Positions 28,760 through 38,312 of a stretch of 64,000 bases of DNA are shown here, piece by piece. Origin of the DNA: an uncultured Candidatus Binatia bacterium. Lineage in GTDB: Bacteria; Desulfobacterota; Binatia; Bin18. Numbering within the stretch: position 1 is the first letter of the stretch; the number at the start of each line of letters is the position of its first letter. Location of the stretch: positions 1,952,001 to 2,016,000 of the forward strand of contig OZ241744.1 of the NCBI GenBank assembly GCA_965200965.1. The letters are read 5' to 3'. The notes under the pieces are model-generated. The model ran no database searches. It saw only the letters and a program-made list of their open reading frames with translations, and was not told where the DNA came from. The translations under genes and the position numbers were made by a program.

Positions 28760-29908
28760 CGGGTGATTCAGCACAGCCGCAAACACGCTGTCGGCGATCA
28801 GCAGCCCCCGCCGGCTGAGCTTCAGCCGCCCGGCTTCGTGGTGGAGCACGCCGGCGTCAATCAGCTTGTTCAGCCGTGGGAAAGCCGCCCCTAGGCCCTG
28901 CCCAAAGCGGGCGGCAAAGGTCTCGGGCGCAAAGCCCTCGAGCTGGCGCAGGCCGAGAAACAGGAACTCGGCCCGGGCTTGGTCTTGACTCAAGGTCTCT
29001 TCAAAGCAGCGCGCGTCTCCGTCCGAGATAGCCTTGGCCATATAGGTGCGTGGGCTGGCCTCGTTGCTCCAGCGTCGGCCCCAGCCCGGCTCACCGCAGA
29101 ACGAGTGCGCCCCGGCCCCCAGCCCCAGATAGTTGCGGCTGGTCCAGTAGCCCCGGTTGTGCCGTGAGACAAAGCCCGGACGGGCAAAGTTCGAGATTTC
29201 GTACTGCCGGTAGGCGTGGCCCAAGCGGTCCTGAATCAGCCCAAACATGGCCACCTCCAGGTCTTCGTCAACCGGCCGCAGCCGGCCCGTCTGCCGCCAC
29301 CGAAAAAACGGCGTGCCCTCCTCATAGCTCAGGTTGTAGATCGAGACATGCTCAGGCCGGCAGGCCAGCGCCTCGGCCAAGTCGGCCTCGAGGCCGGCCA
29401 AGGTCTGGCCCGGTACGCCAAACATCAGATCAAAGCTCAGGTTGTCAAAACCGGCCTCCCGTGCCCAGCCAATGGCCCGCCGGGCGTCATCTCCGGTGTG
29501 CATCCGGCCCAGCGTTTTCAGCACCGCCGGCTCAAAGGACTGCACGCCGAAGCTCAGCCGGTTGATCCCCACCGACCCGAAGCCGGCCAGCGTGTCTTGG
29601 CTGACCGACGCCGGGTCGGCCTCCAGGCTGATTTCGGCTTCGGCGGCCAGGGGGCACAGCTGGGCCACCGCGCGCAGAAAACGCTCAATTGAGGCCGGGG
29701 CAAACAGCGACGGCGTTCCGCCGCCAAAGTAGATCGTCTCAACCCGTTCGGCCCGCCAGAGCGGCTGCTTGACTGCGTGGCGAAGTTCGGCGCACAGCGC
29801 ATCAACATAGCGCTCTTCCGGCCAACTCCGCCCACCGTAGGCGTTAAAATCGCAGTAGGGGCATTTGACCAGACAGTAGGGAATGTGGACATACAGCGAG
29901 AAAGCCAT
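28742..29908 (-). CDS. hemW: Radical SAM heme chaperone HemW
   Basis: YVHIPYC, CLVKCPYCDFN, GGGTPS, YEISNF, HN..YW. Confidence 0.92.
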   Translation of the reverse strand: MAFSLYVHIPYCLVKCPYCDFNAYGGRSWPEERYVDALCAELRHAVKQPLWRAERVETIYFGGGTPSLFAPASIERFLRAVAQLCPLAAEAEISLEADPASVSQDTLAGFGSVGINRLSFGVQSFEPAVLKTLGRMHTGDDARRAIGWAREAGFDNLSFDLMFGVPGQTLAGLEADLAEALACRPEHVSIYNLSYEEGTPFFRWRQTGRLRPVDEDLEVAMFGLIQDRLGHAYRQYEISNFARPGFVSRHNRGYWTSRNYLGLGAGAHSFCGEPGWGRRWSNEASPRTYMAKAISDGDARCFEETLSQDQARAEFLFLGLRQLEGFAPETFAARFGQGLGAAFPRLNKLIDAGVLHHEAGRLKLSRRGLLIADSVFAAVLNHPSLSAL

Positions 29909-29923
29909 ACCGCCGGCCGGCCC

Positions 29924-30535
29924 CTAGGTCCTGTACTTCCGCACCACCGCGCTGACCACGCCCTGAATCTCGACCTCGGTCTCGTCCACCACAATCGGCT
30001 CCATGTCGGGATTGGCGGGTTGGAGGCGAATGCGGCCGCCGGCTTCACGGTAGAACTTTTTGACCGTGGCCTCGCCCTGGAGCAGGGTCACCACGGTTTG
30101 CCCGTTATCGGCGCTGGGTCGTTGCTCAACAACGATGAAATCGCCGTCCAGGATGCCCTCGTCAATCATGGAGCGGCCTGTGACCCGCAGGGCGAAGGCT
30201 TCGTGGGCGTGCCGCACTAGGTCAGCCGGAACGGACAAGGCGTCCTGAATCTCAACCGCCTCGATCGGCAGCCCGGCCGCCACCTGACCCAGCAAGGGCA
30301 GTTCCAGGGCCTGGGCCGTTTTGTGGGGCGGTGTCAGCTCAATCGCCCGACTCAGATTCCGCTTACGACGAATCACCCCTTTGCGTTCGAGATTGATCAG
30401 ATGTTTATGGACGGTGGCCAGCGACGACAGCCCAAAATGCGCCCCGATATCCTCCAGAGTCGGCGCGTAGCCGTGGCTGGCGGTGTAGTCGTCCAGATAT
30501 TCCCAAATCTCTCTCTGTCTGCGCGTCAAGATCAT
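29924..30535 (-). CDS. lexA: SOS repressor LexA
   Basis: LTRRQ wHTH, VAAG cleavage site, GRSM, ATVK; SD GGAGGGG. Confidence 0.95.
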   Translation of the reverse strand: MILTRRQREIWEYLDDYTASHGYAPTLEDIGAHFGLSSLATVHKHLINLERKGVIRRKRNLSRAIELTPPHKTAQALELPLLGQVAAGLPIEAVEIQDALSVPADLVRHAHEAFALRVTGRSMIDEGILDGDFIVVEQRPSADNGQTVVTLLQGEATVKKFYREAGGRIRLQPANPDMEPIVVDETEVEIQGVVSAVVRKYRT

Positions 30536-30563
30536 AACGGCACCCCTCCCGCCTGTTATGCCA

Positions 30564-30581
30564 GCAAACAAAAGGCGAAAC
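30564..30581. promoter_or_regulatory. Candidate LexA operator (direct repeat, 11-bp period)
   Basis: GCAAACAAAAG-GCGAAAC about 30 nt upstream of lexA. Confidence 0.4.
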
Positions 30582-30653
30582 AACAGGCCGCGCTTGATGC
30601 ATCAGTCCCGGCGTGCCACAGTTGGAGCCATCCCTACCCAGGAAGCCCTGACC

Positions 30654-31769
30654 GTGTTGCTACAATTCCCCCTGCGTCTTGCCGTCCTTGTTGGCCTCCT
30701 TTCCTGCACCTCAAGCCACAGCCAGCCGGCAGACCGCCTGGACACAATTAACCTGCCAGACGGCTTTGCCATCGGCCTGTACGCGACCGTGCCTGGTACC
30801 CGTTCCCTGGCCCTCGGCGAGCGGGGAACGGTTTTTGTTGGCACCCGAGCCGAGGGTAGCGTCTATGCGCTGGTCAATAGAGACGCCGACCACAGGGCCG
30901 ATAGCGTCGTTCGTCTGGCCGGCGGACTGTTCGCCCCCAACGGCGTGGCCTTTCGTGACGGCGCGCTGTATGTGGCCGAGATCCACCGCATCCTGCGTTT
31001 TGAGAGCATCGAAGCCCGCCTCAATAACCCGCCCCAGCCGGTCGTGGTCAAGGCTGGGCTGCCGACCGACCGCTGGCACGGCTGGAAGTTCATCGGCTTT
31101 GGGCCGGACGGTAAACTCTATGTGCCGGTCGGCGCGCCATGCAATGTGTGCCTGCGGACCGACGAACGCTACGCCTCGCTGCTGCGTATGAACGCCGACG
31201 GCAGTGGTGTCGAGGTCTTTGCCCGGGGCATCAGAAACACGGTGGGCTTTGACTGGCACCCCAACACCGGGGAGCTGTGGTTTACCGACAACGGGCGGGA
31301 CAATCTGGGCAATGACCTTCCTCCCGACGAGTTGAACCGCGCCCCCGAGCCGGGCTTTCATTTCGGTTTTCCGTACTGCCACGCCGGCCGCATCCCGGAC
31401 CCCGAGTTTGGCCACCAGCGTCCATGTGCCGATTTTACCGGCACAGCCCAGGAACTCGGCCCACATGTCGCCGCGGTCGGCATGCGATTCTACACCGGCA
31501 CCATGTTCCCACCGGCCTACCACAACCAGATATTCATTGCCGAACACGGCTCGTGGAACCGCAGCGACCCCATTGGCTACCGCATCAGCCTCGTCCGGCT
31601 GCAAGACAAGGTTCCGGTCTCCTACGAGGTATTTGCCCAAGGCTGGCTGCAAGGCCGCTCGGCCTGGGGCCGGCCGGCCGATGTGCTGGTCATGCCCGAC
31701 GGCGCGCTGCTGGTCTCGGACGATCGGGCCAACGCGATCTATCGGATCAGCTATGCGGGGCAGCACTAA
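30654..31769 (+). CDS. PQQ-dependent glucose/sorbosone dehydrogenase-family beta-propeller protein (probable lipoprotein; start uncertain)
   Basis: LLSC lipobox, FGPDGKLY, GAPCNVC, GIRNTVG, HGSWNR, GRPADV. Confidence 0.85.
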   Translation: MLLQFPLRLAVLVGLLSCTSSHSQPADRLDTINLPDGFAIGLYATVPGTRSLALGERGTVFVGTRAEGSVYALVNRDADHRADSVVRLAGGLFAPNGVAFRDGALYVAEIHRILRFESIEARLNNPPQPVVVKAGLPTDRWHGWKFIGFGPDGKLYVPVGAPCNVCLRTDERYASLLRMNADGSGVEVFARGIRNTVGFDWHPNTGELWFTDNGRDNLGNDLPPDELNRAPEPGFHFGFPYCHAGRIPDPEFGHQRPCADFTGTAQELGPHVAAVGMRFYTGTMFPPAYHNQIFIAEHGSWNRSDPIGYRISLVRLQDKVPVSYEVFAQGWLQGRSAWGRPADVLVMPDGALLVSDDRANAIYRISYAGQH

Positions 31770-31784
31770 GGTCCCGCCCCGCGC

Positions 31785-33023
31785 TCAGTAAAAGGCCACA
31801 CTGGCAAAGCTGACCGACGACTGGGTCTGGCGGTCGAGCTAGCGGTCATATCTGAGCAGCCTGCCACGCTCGGCGTTGAGCAGATGCAGCATGGTATACA
31901 TGGGCGCAAAACCGCACCCCCGGCGCTTATCACTGTCCTTGGCGATCTGCTCAAAGAAGTCGCCCGGATCAACATTTTCCAGGGCACGGATCAGCTGCCG
32001 GTCTTCGGCCTCTACCCAGTCCGGAACGTCCTGCGTCAGCTCGCCCTGGTCGCCGAACTTCCGGCCCACATGGGCAAAGTCCACCCCGGCCACAACGCAC
32101 ACCGCCCGGCCCTCGTCTGCAATCGTCTTGCGCAGGGCGGCCAGAAAATCAGTCACCCGGGGCGTCTCAGTCGGCGGCGTCCAGGTCATGATCATGTGGT
32201 GAAAAGACGACACCAGGATCGGCACGACCGTAAAATCCTGTCGGTCGGCCAGGGAATACTTGAGGAACAGCATCTGAAACTCGAGCGAATGCTCGGTCCG
32301 GTGCAGCAACTCATCGGCAAACAGATCGTGGCCACAGTTAGTCTGCAAGGCGTTCACAAACGCCCGGTCGGTTGTGACCGGCCCCAGCGGCGTCGCATAG
32401 TCCCTGCAGGTCGAAACAAACAACTCGGTGCCCGCGGTGTGCGAGGTTCCCAGTACAATGAACAGCTCAGCCTCGGACTGCTCGGCCAACTCCTTATACG
32501 CCCAGGCGTAGGTCGGGCCGCCGACCCGCAGGTCAATATGGGGGGCGATCAGACCGCGCAGCGGCTCCCCGCTCTGGCCGCCGGCCCCGGGCCGGCCCGG
32601 TCCCTGCTCGTCGCCGAAAAAGCCCGTCATCTGCCGACGGAACTCGTCGGCCTGTGACGAGTAACGGGTATCAGCGTGGGCCATGTCGCGGACTGTGGCC
32701 CGGCGGAAGGCGGCCAGCGTCCCCTGCTGGAGGCGGGCAAAGCGCTCGCTGTCCAAGTAATAGCAGGCGTCCAACTGCGCAATCAGGCTCCGTAACTGCT
32801 CGCCGGGCAGGACTTGGCTGAACTGGCGGGTAAACGCCTCCTGGATGTCCGGCAGCGAGTGCTGGCCGTCAAAATGGCTCAGGATAAAACAGGTGGCCGG
32901 GGGCAACAGCAGCGACTCGGTGGCGTAGTTCTGCGGGTCACGCAGATAGATGCGGGTGGCGTTTTCGACCGACACCGAAAAAGCCTCAACCGGCCGCAGT
33001 CCAGGATAGTCCAGCGCACTCAT
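31785..33023 (-). pseudogene. AmmeMemoRadiSam system protein B (MEMO1 family) with an in-frame TAG 18 codons before the natural stop
   Basis: IAPHID, LGTSH, EHSLEFQ, DFAHVG, CG..P; reads YDR-TAG(31841-31839)-LDRQTQSSVSFASVAFY-TGA. Confidence 0.75.
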
Positions 33024-33150
33024 ACTGCCCCTCGCACCCTCCCTCAAGGGGAGGCTGAAGCTGGATTGCAGACTGCACAGAAGATTCCTGGAGCGGACAG
33101 ACACTTGGTGTACAAGGGCCAGTGCCCACAGCTTTTAGCCGGAATGACCA
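33024..33150. repeat. Degenerate REP-like palindromic remnants
   Basis: CCCCTCGCACCCTCCCTCAAGGGGAGG and GCCGGAATGAC half-element in intergenic DNA. Confidence 0.35.
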
Positions 33151-33710
33151 GGGGAGAAGGGCTTGCTCGGAGGGCAGCAGAAACGTGGAGGTCGGCGTAG
33201 CCGCCAAGTGGAAGCCGACATGTCACAAGCAGGGGTATCCAGACTGATGCGCCGCTCAGCCGACCGACAAGCTGCTGGCGGGCCTCCCTGACCGTGTCCC
33301 CCTCCAGGGAGGGAATGGTACCCGCCAACGCCGAAACTTCATCACCTCCACGCCCTTTAATCACCCCAATCACATAAATCACAGATCAGCCGGCCCGATT
33401 GAGGCTGTCCGGGCAAGTTGTCTTCTTCGACGACGAACAGCCGCTTGCCGACCTGGACAGGTAATGACCGCCAGGGCGCTGTTCAGCGCGGCCAGCCAGC
33501 CGGTAAAGCATCGGGTGGGCAGGGTCTCGAACAAGGGCTCGCTCTCAGGCCGATTGGCCGTGTCGGTCTTTGTTCCGTTTGGTTTTTGCTCCATAGCCGT
33601 TGTCGTGCCGAATCGGGCCGCTATGCGCTAGGCGGGTGCCATTGGATTCCGGCCGCAAACTTGCCTATAGTGGACAAGATGAAACGCGCCTGGGGGATGG
33701 AAGACCCACC

Positions 33711-34655
33711 ATGAGTTCTTACCCGGCGTGCCTGCGGGTCGGCGTGGTTGGCGTCGGCCATCTGGGACGCTTCCATGTCGAGAAATACGCCGGCCAGCCC
33801 GCTGTCAGCCTGGTCGGAGTGGTGGATGTGGACCGCGGGCGGGCCGGTGCGCTGGCCGATCAATATCAGGCTGAGGCGCTGGTGGATTACCAGGAGCTGG
33901 TCGGCCGGGTGGAGTGCGTGAGCCTAGCCGTGCCCACCCAACTTCACCACGCGATTGCGCGGGATTTTCTGCGGCAGGGAGTGGATGTGCTGGTCGAAAA
34001 GCCGCTGACCGCCACCGCCGCGGAGGGCCGCGAGCTGGTTGAGCTGGCCGCCCAAACCGGACGGATTCTTCAGGTCGGGCATCTGGAGCGCTTCAACCCG
34101 GCGCTGCGCTCGCTGAGCGGTATTTTGACTACGCCCCGGTTTATCGAATGCCAGCGGGTCGCGCCATTTGTAGAGCGCGGGACCGATGTTGATGTGGTGC
34201 GGGACCTGATGATCCATGACCTGGACGTGATTCTGAGTGTTGTCCGCTCAGAACCCAACTCGATTGAGGCATTTGGCGTGCCGGTCCTGACCTCAGAACC
34301 GGATATCGCCCATGTCCGGCTGCGCTTTGCTTCGGGCTGTATCGCCAATATCACGGCTAGCCGGGTGGCCCTTAAACGGGAGCGCAAGATGCGTATTTTT
34401 CAGCCCAATACCTATCTGGTGGTGGATTACGGCGAACACCGCATACGGATCTGTTGGCGGGAGCCTGGGTCCGGGAGCCTGCCAAACCTGCGCTTTGAGG
34501 AGCGTGAGGTGAACGGCGAAGACGCCCTGGAAGAAGAAATCCGTGACTTTCTCCGGGCGGTGCGCACCCGCACCACGCCTGTTGTCAGTGGCCGTGAGGG
34601 TCTCCAGGCCCTGGAGCTGGCCGAACAGATCATTGCCAGCCTCGAAATCCCTTAG
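33711..34655 (+). CDS. Gfo/Idh/MocA oxidoreductase, GnnA-like (UDP-GlcNAc 3-dehydrogenase)
   Basis: GVGHLG, EKP, VGHLERFNP, DLMIHDLD; immediately upstream of lpxB. Confidence 0.8.
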   Translation: MSSYPACLRVGVVGVGHLGRFHVEKYAGQPAVSLVGVVDVDRGRAGALADQYQAEALVDYQELVGRVECVSLAVPTQLHHAIARDFLRQGVDVLVEKPLTATAAEGRELVELAAQTGRILQVGHLERFNPALRSLSGILTTPRFIECQRVAPFVERGTDVDVVRDLMIHDLDVILSVVRSEPNSIEAFGVPVLTSEPDIAHVRLRFASGCIANITASRVALKRERKMRIFQPNTYLVVDYGEHRIRICWREPGSGSLPNLRFEEREVNGEDALEEEIRDFLRAVRTRTTPVVSGREGLQALELAEQIIASLEIP

Positions 34656-34696
34656 TCGCCGGAAACCCCTGCCCTCCACCCTGAAAAGACCCCAAC

Positions 34697-35851
34697 ATGC
34701 CTCTTTCCTCCTCCCCGGTCCCCAGCCTTCAGCCCGCCACACGGCGCATTCTGCTGGTCGCCGGCGAAACCTCGGGCGATGTCCACGGCGCAGACGTGGT
34801 CCGCAGCCTCAAAGCCCGAGCGCCGCGCGTCAAGGTCTTCGGCGTGGGCGGACCGGCGCTGCGGACGGCCGGGATGCAAACCCTGGTGGACAGCACCGCC
34901 ATTGCCGGCATGGGGCTGTTTGAGGCCAGGGATAAGCTCGGCAACCTGATTCGCGCCTATCATCGGCTCAGCCGGCTGTTGCGCCGCCAGCCGCCCGACC
35001 TGCTGCTCCTGATCGATTTCCCGGAGTTCAACCTGCGCCTGGCAAAAGTGGCCAAACGGGCCGGAGTGCCGGTGTTCTACTACATCAGCCCCCAGGTATG
35101 GGCGTGGCGGCCGCGGCGGGTCTACACCATCACCAAACGGGTGGACCGGCTGGCCGTGGTCTTCCCCTTTGAACCGGACTTCTACGCCGCCTACGGCTGT
35201 GTGGTCGAGTTTGTCGGCCATCCGCTGGTGGACCGGGTGCGGGCGACCCGCTCGCGAGAGGAGACTCTGCGGCACTACCGGCTTGAGTCCGAGCGGCCGA
35301 CGCTGGCCCTGCTGCCGGGCAGCCGGGCGCACGAAGTGCGCTATCTGCTGCCGTCGCTACTGGGTGCCGCGGCCCGGCTCGGCCCTGCCTATCAGTGCAT
35401 CCTGGCCCTGGCCCCGGGCCTGGATCGGGCCGTGCTTGAACCGCTGGCCGGCCCTGTCCGGGTGGCGCAGGACGACACCTATAATGTCGTCCATGCGGCA
35501 GACTTGGCGGTGGTCGCCTCGGGTACCGCCACCCTGGAAACCGCTCTGCTGGAGCGGCCGATGGTCATTGTGTACCGCATGGCATGGCTGAGCTATGCGC
35601 TGGCCCGGGCCTTTGTCAGGGTGCCGTTTATCGGAATGCCGAATCTGATCGCCGAGCGGCGGGTCGTGCCGGAATTGATCCAGGGGGCGGTAACGCCGGA
35701 CCGGGTTGCCGACGAGGCCCGGCGCTTGCTCAGCAGCCGCCGAGCGTATAGCGTGGCGCAACAGGGTTTGCGGGAGGTCCGACGTCGGCTGGGAGATGGC
35801 GGCGCGGCCCAACGGACCGCCGGCCTGATTGTGAACATGATCTACCAATGA
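34697..35851 (+). CDS. lpxB: Lipid A disaccharide synthase
   Basis: AGETSGD, IDFPEFN, SPQVWAWR, LPGSR, SGTATLE. Confidence 0.95.
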   Translation: MPLSSSPVPSLQPATRRILLVAGETSGDVHGADVVRSLKARAPRVKVFGVGGPALRTAGMQTLVDSTAIAGMGLFEARDKLGNLIRAYHRLSRLLRRQPPDLLLLIDFPEFNLRLAKVAKRAGVPVFYYISPQVWAWRPRRVYTITKRVDRLAVVFPFEPDFYAAYGCVVEFVGHPLVDRVRATRSREETLRHYRLESERPTLALLPGSRAHEVRYLLPSLLGAAARLGPAYQCILALAPGLDRAVLEPLAGPVRVAQDDTYNVVHAADLAVVASGTATLETALLERPMVIVYRMAWLSYALARAFVRVPFIGMPNLIAERRVVPELIQGAVTPDRVADEARRLLSSRRAYSVAQQGLREVRRRLGDGGAAQRTAGLIVNMIYQ

Positions 35852-37575
35852 AAATCTACCGTCGCCTCCTGCCGTTCCTGCGCCCCTATCTGGCACGGTT
35901 TTTTCTGGCGCTCGGCTGCATGGTGGTCTTCAGCGCGACGAGCGGCGCACTCCCGTTTGTGGTTGAGCACATCTTTGACGATATCTTTGCCGAGAAAAAT
36001 CTGGAATCGCTCCGCATTCTGCCGCTCATCATCATCGGGGTGTTTGTGGTCCGCGGGCTGGTCAATTTTGGTCATACCTATCTGATGGAACATGTGGGGC
36101 AGCGCATTGTCGAAGACCTGCGCAATCGCCTCAACAGCCATCTCCAATATCTGTCGGTTGCCTACTTCCACAACAACCCGACCGGCACGATTCTCTCCCG
36201 GGTCACCAACGATACGACCCTGGTCCGCGAAGCCCTGACCCAGACCTCGGCCTCAATGATGAAGGATGCTACCACGCTGCTGGCCCTGGTCATCGTGGCC
36301 TTTGTCAAAGACTGGTTTCTGGCCGTCCTGGCCTTCATCGTGTTTCCGCTCACCATTCTGCCCCTGATGCAGGTGTATAAAAAAGTCCGCCGCTTCAGCC
36401 GCCAGGGTCAGGGGGCGCTCGGCTATCTGTCAGCCCTGCTCCAGGAGGCCATTCAGGGCAACCGGGTGGTCAAAGCGTTTGGCATGGAAGCCTACGAGCA
36501 GCAGCGCTTTGCCGAGGAAAACCGGCGGATCTTTCGCCACGCCATGCGAGCCGGCCAACTCCGGGCGTTTGTCCCGTCTATGGTAGAACTGGTTGCCGCC
36601 TGCGGTATTGCCGCGGTAGTGTGGTATGGTGGCTCCAGCGTGATCGAGGGTGGGCGGACCCAGGGCGCGTTTGTGGCCTTTCTGACCGCCATGCTGTTGT
36701 TGTACGAACCATTCAAGCATCTGACCCGGACCAACACGGCTATCCAGACCGGACTAGCGGCCGCGGAGCGGCTGTTTGAGGTCCTGGACGAACCGCCAGA
36801 AGTAACCGACCGGCCCGGGGCACGGTGTCTGACGACGGTCGCCCGGGGGGTGCGCTTCGAGCAGGTGTCTTTCCGCTATGGGCAGGAGTGGGTGCTAAGA
36901 GATATCTGCCTCAATATCCGGGCCGGCGAGGTCGTAGCCCTCGTCGGCCCGAGCGGCGGCGGCAAAAGTACCCTGGCCGACCTGATCCCCCGCTTTTACG
37001 ATGTGGAGCGGGGCCGCATCTGCATTGATGGTGCCGATATCCGCGATATCACCCTGCAATCGCTGCGGGCCCAGATCGCGGTTGTCACCCAGTTTACCTT
37101 TCTGTTTAACGACACGGTGCGCAATAATATCGCCTACGGCGGGCCGTCCCGCCCGCTCGAAGAGGTCGTTGCCGCGGCCGAGGCGGCCTATGCCCACGAT
37201 TTCATTGCGGCCCTGCCCGATGGCTACGATACCGTTATTGGCGAGTTGGGCGTGCGCCTGTCGGGCGGCCAGCGTCAACGGCTGGCGATTGCCCGCGCCC
37301 TGCTCAAAAACGCGCCCATTCTCATCCTTGACGAAGCCACTTCATCGCTCGATACCGAGTCGGAGCGGCTGGTGCAGGCGGCCATTGAACGGGTGATGAC
37401 CGACCGCACGGTTCTGGTCATCGCCCACCGCCTATCGACCATTCAGCGCGCCGACCGGATTGTCGTGATCCAGGACGGGCAGATTGTTGAAGAGGGCGGC
37501 CACGAAGAACTGCTGGCCTACAACGCACGCTATCGCAAGCTGTACGACCTCCAATTCCAGGACAGCCCGCGTTGA
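35848..37575 (+). CDS. msbA: Lipid A flippase ABC transporter MsbA
   Basis: TMD plus NBD (GPSGGGKS, LSGGQRQR, LDEATS); lies within the lpx cluster. Confidence 0.88.
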   Translation: MKIYRRLLPFLRPYLARFFLALGCMVVFSATSGALPFVVEHIFDDIFAEKNLESLRILPLIIIGVFVVRGLVNFGHTYLMEHVGQRIVEDLRNRLNSHLQYLSVAYFHNNPTGTILSRVTNDTTLVREALTQTSASMMKDATTLLALVIVAFVKDWFLAVLAFIVFPLTILPLMQVYKKVRRFSRQGQGALGYLSALLQEAIQGNRVVKAFGMEAYEQQRFAEENRRIFRHAMRAGQLRAFVPSMVELVAACGIAAVVWYGGSSVIEGGRTQGAFVAFLTAMLLLYEPFKHLTRTNTAIQTGLAAAERLFEVLDEPPEVTDRPGARCLTTVARGVRFEQVSFRYGQEWVLRDICLNIRAGEVVALVGPSGGGKSTLADLIPRFYDVERGRICIDGADIRDITLQSLRAQIAVVTQFTFLFNDTVRNNIAYGGPSRPLEEVVAAAEAAYAHDFIAALPDGYDTVIGELGVRLSGGQRQRLAIARALLKNAPILILDEATSSLDTESERLVQAAIERVMTDRTVLVIAHRLSTIQRADRIVVIQDGQIVEEGGHEELLAYNARYRKLYDLQFQDSPR

Positions 37576-38312
37576 CGGCCGCCGCGCAGCACAGGAAGAT
37601 CTTACCGATGGCTTCTCCCCCAGCCTTCATCAATGCGCCGCGTTTCTCCGGGACCGAAGAACTCAAAATCCGGGGCTGGACCGGCCTCGCCCTCGGTGCC
37701 CTGTGGACCTTGAGCAAGACCGTGCGTATCGAATATGTGGGGACGCAGGAGTTGTTTGCCGACTGGGCCCGGGGTGGGCAGGTCATTCTGGCCTTTTGGC
37801 ATAACCGGATGGTCCTGATGCCCTTCCCCTACCGGGGGCGGAAAGCCTGTATCATGAACAGCGTTCACCGGGACGGGGAAATCATCTCGCGGGTCATCAG
37901 CCGCTTCAAGATTCTCTCGGTGCGGGGCTCTTCAACCCGGGGCTGGGTCGCCGGCCTCAAAGGCATGGGCGAGGCCTACCGGGCGGGCTATGACTGCATT
38001 CTTGTCCCTGATGGGCCGCGCGGCCCGCGCTATCGGGCCAAACCTGGGGTCTTGCAGTTGGCCCGGGCCACCGGCGGCCCGGTCTATCCGGTCACCTGTG
38101 GCGCGGCCTGGAAAACGACGGTCGGCAGTTGGGACCGGCTGCTCATCCCGCTGCCCTTCAGCAGGATTGTATATATTGCTGGATCGCCGGTCCGGGTGCC
38201 GGCCGACGCGTCGGCCACGGTGATGGAAACAAAGCGCCGTGAGTTGGAACAGCGGCTGCGTCAGATTACAACCCGGGCTGACGCCTATTTCACCCCGGAC
38301 CAGAGCGGATGA
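37572..38312 (+). CDS. DUF374 lysophospholipid acyltransferase family (LpxJ-like)
   Basis: AFWH, DGEII, RGSS, PDGPRGP, SWDR. Confidence 0.85.
   Translation: MTAAAQHRKILPMASPPAFINAPRFSGTEELKIRGWTGLALGALWTLSKTVRIEYVGTQELFADWARGGQVILAFWHNRMVLMPFPYRGRKACIMNSVHRDGEIISRVISRFKILSVRGSSTRGWVAGLKGMGEAYRAGYDCILVPDGPRGPRYRAKPGVLQLARATGGPVYPVTCGAAWKTTVGSWDRLLIPLPFSRIVYIAGSPVRVPADASATVMETKRRELEQRLRQITTRADAYFTPDQSG

Noticed and set aside
31839-31841. Genome-wide TAG reassignment
   Set aside because: TAG terminates many intact genes here (e.g. surE, pyrD, gltA, lexA)
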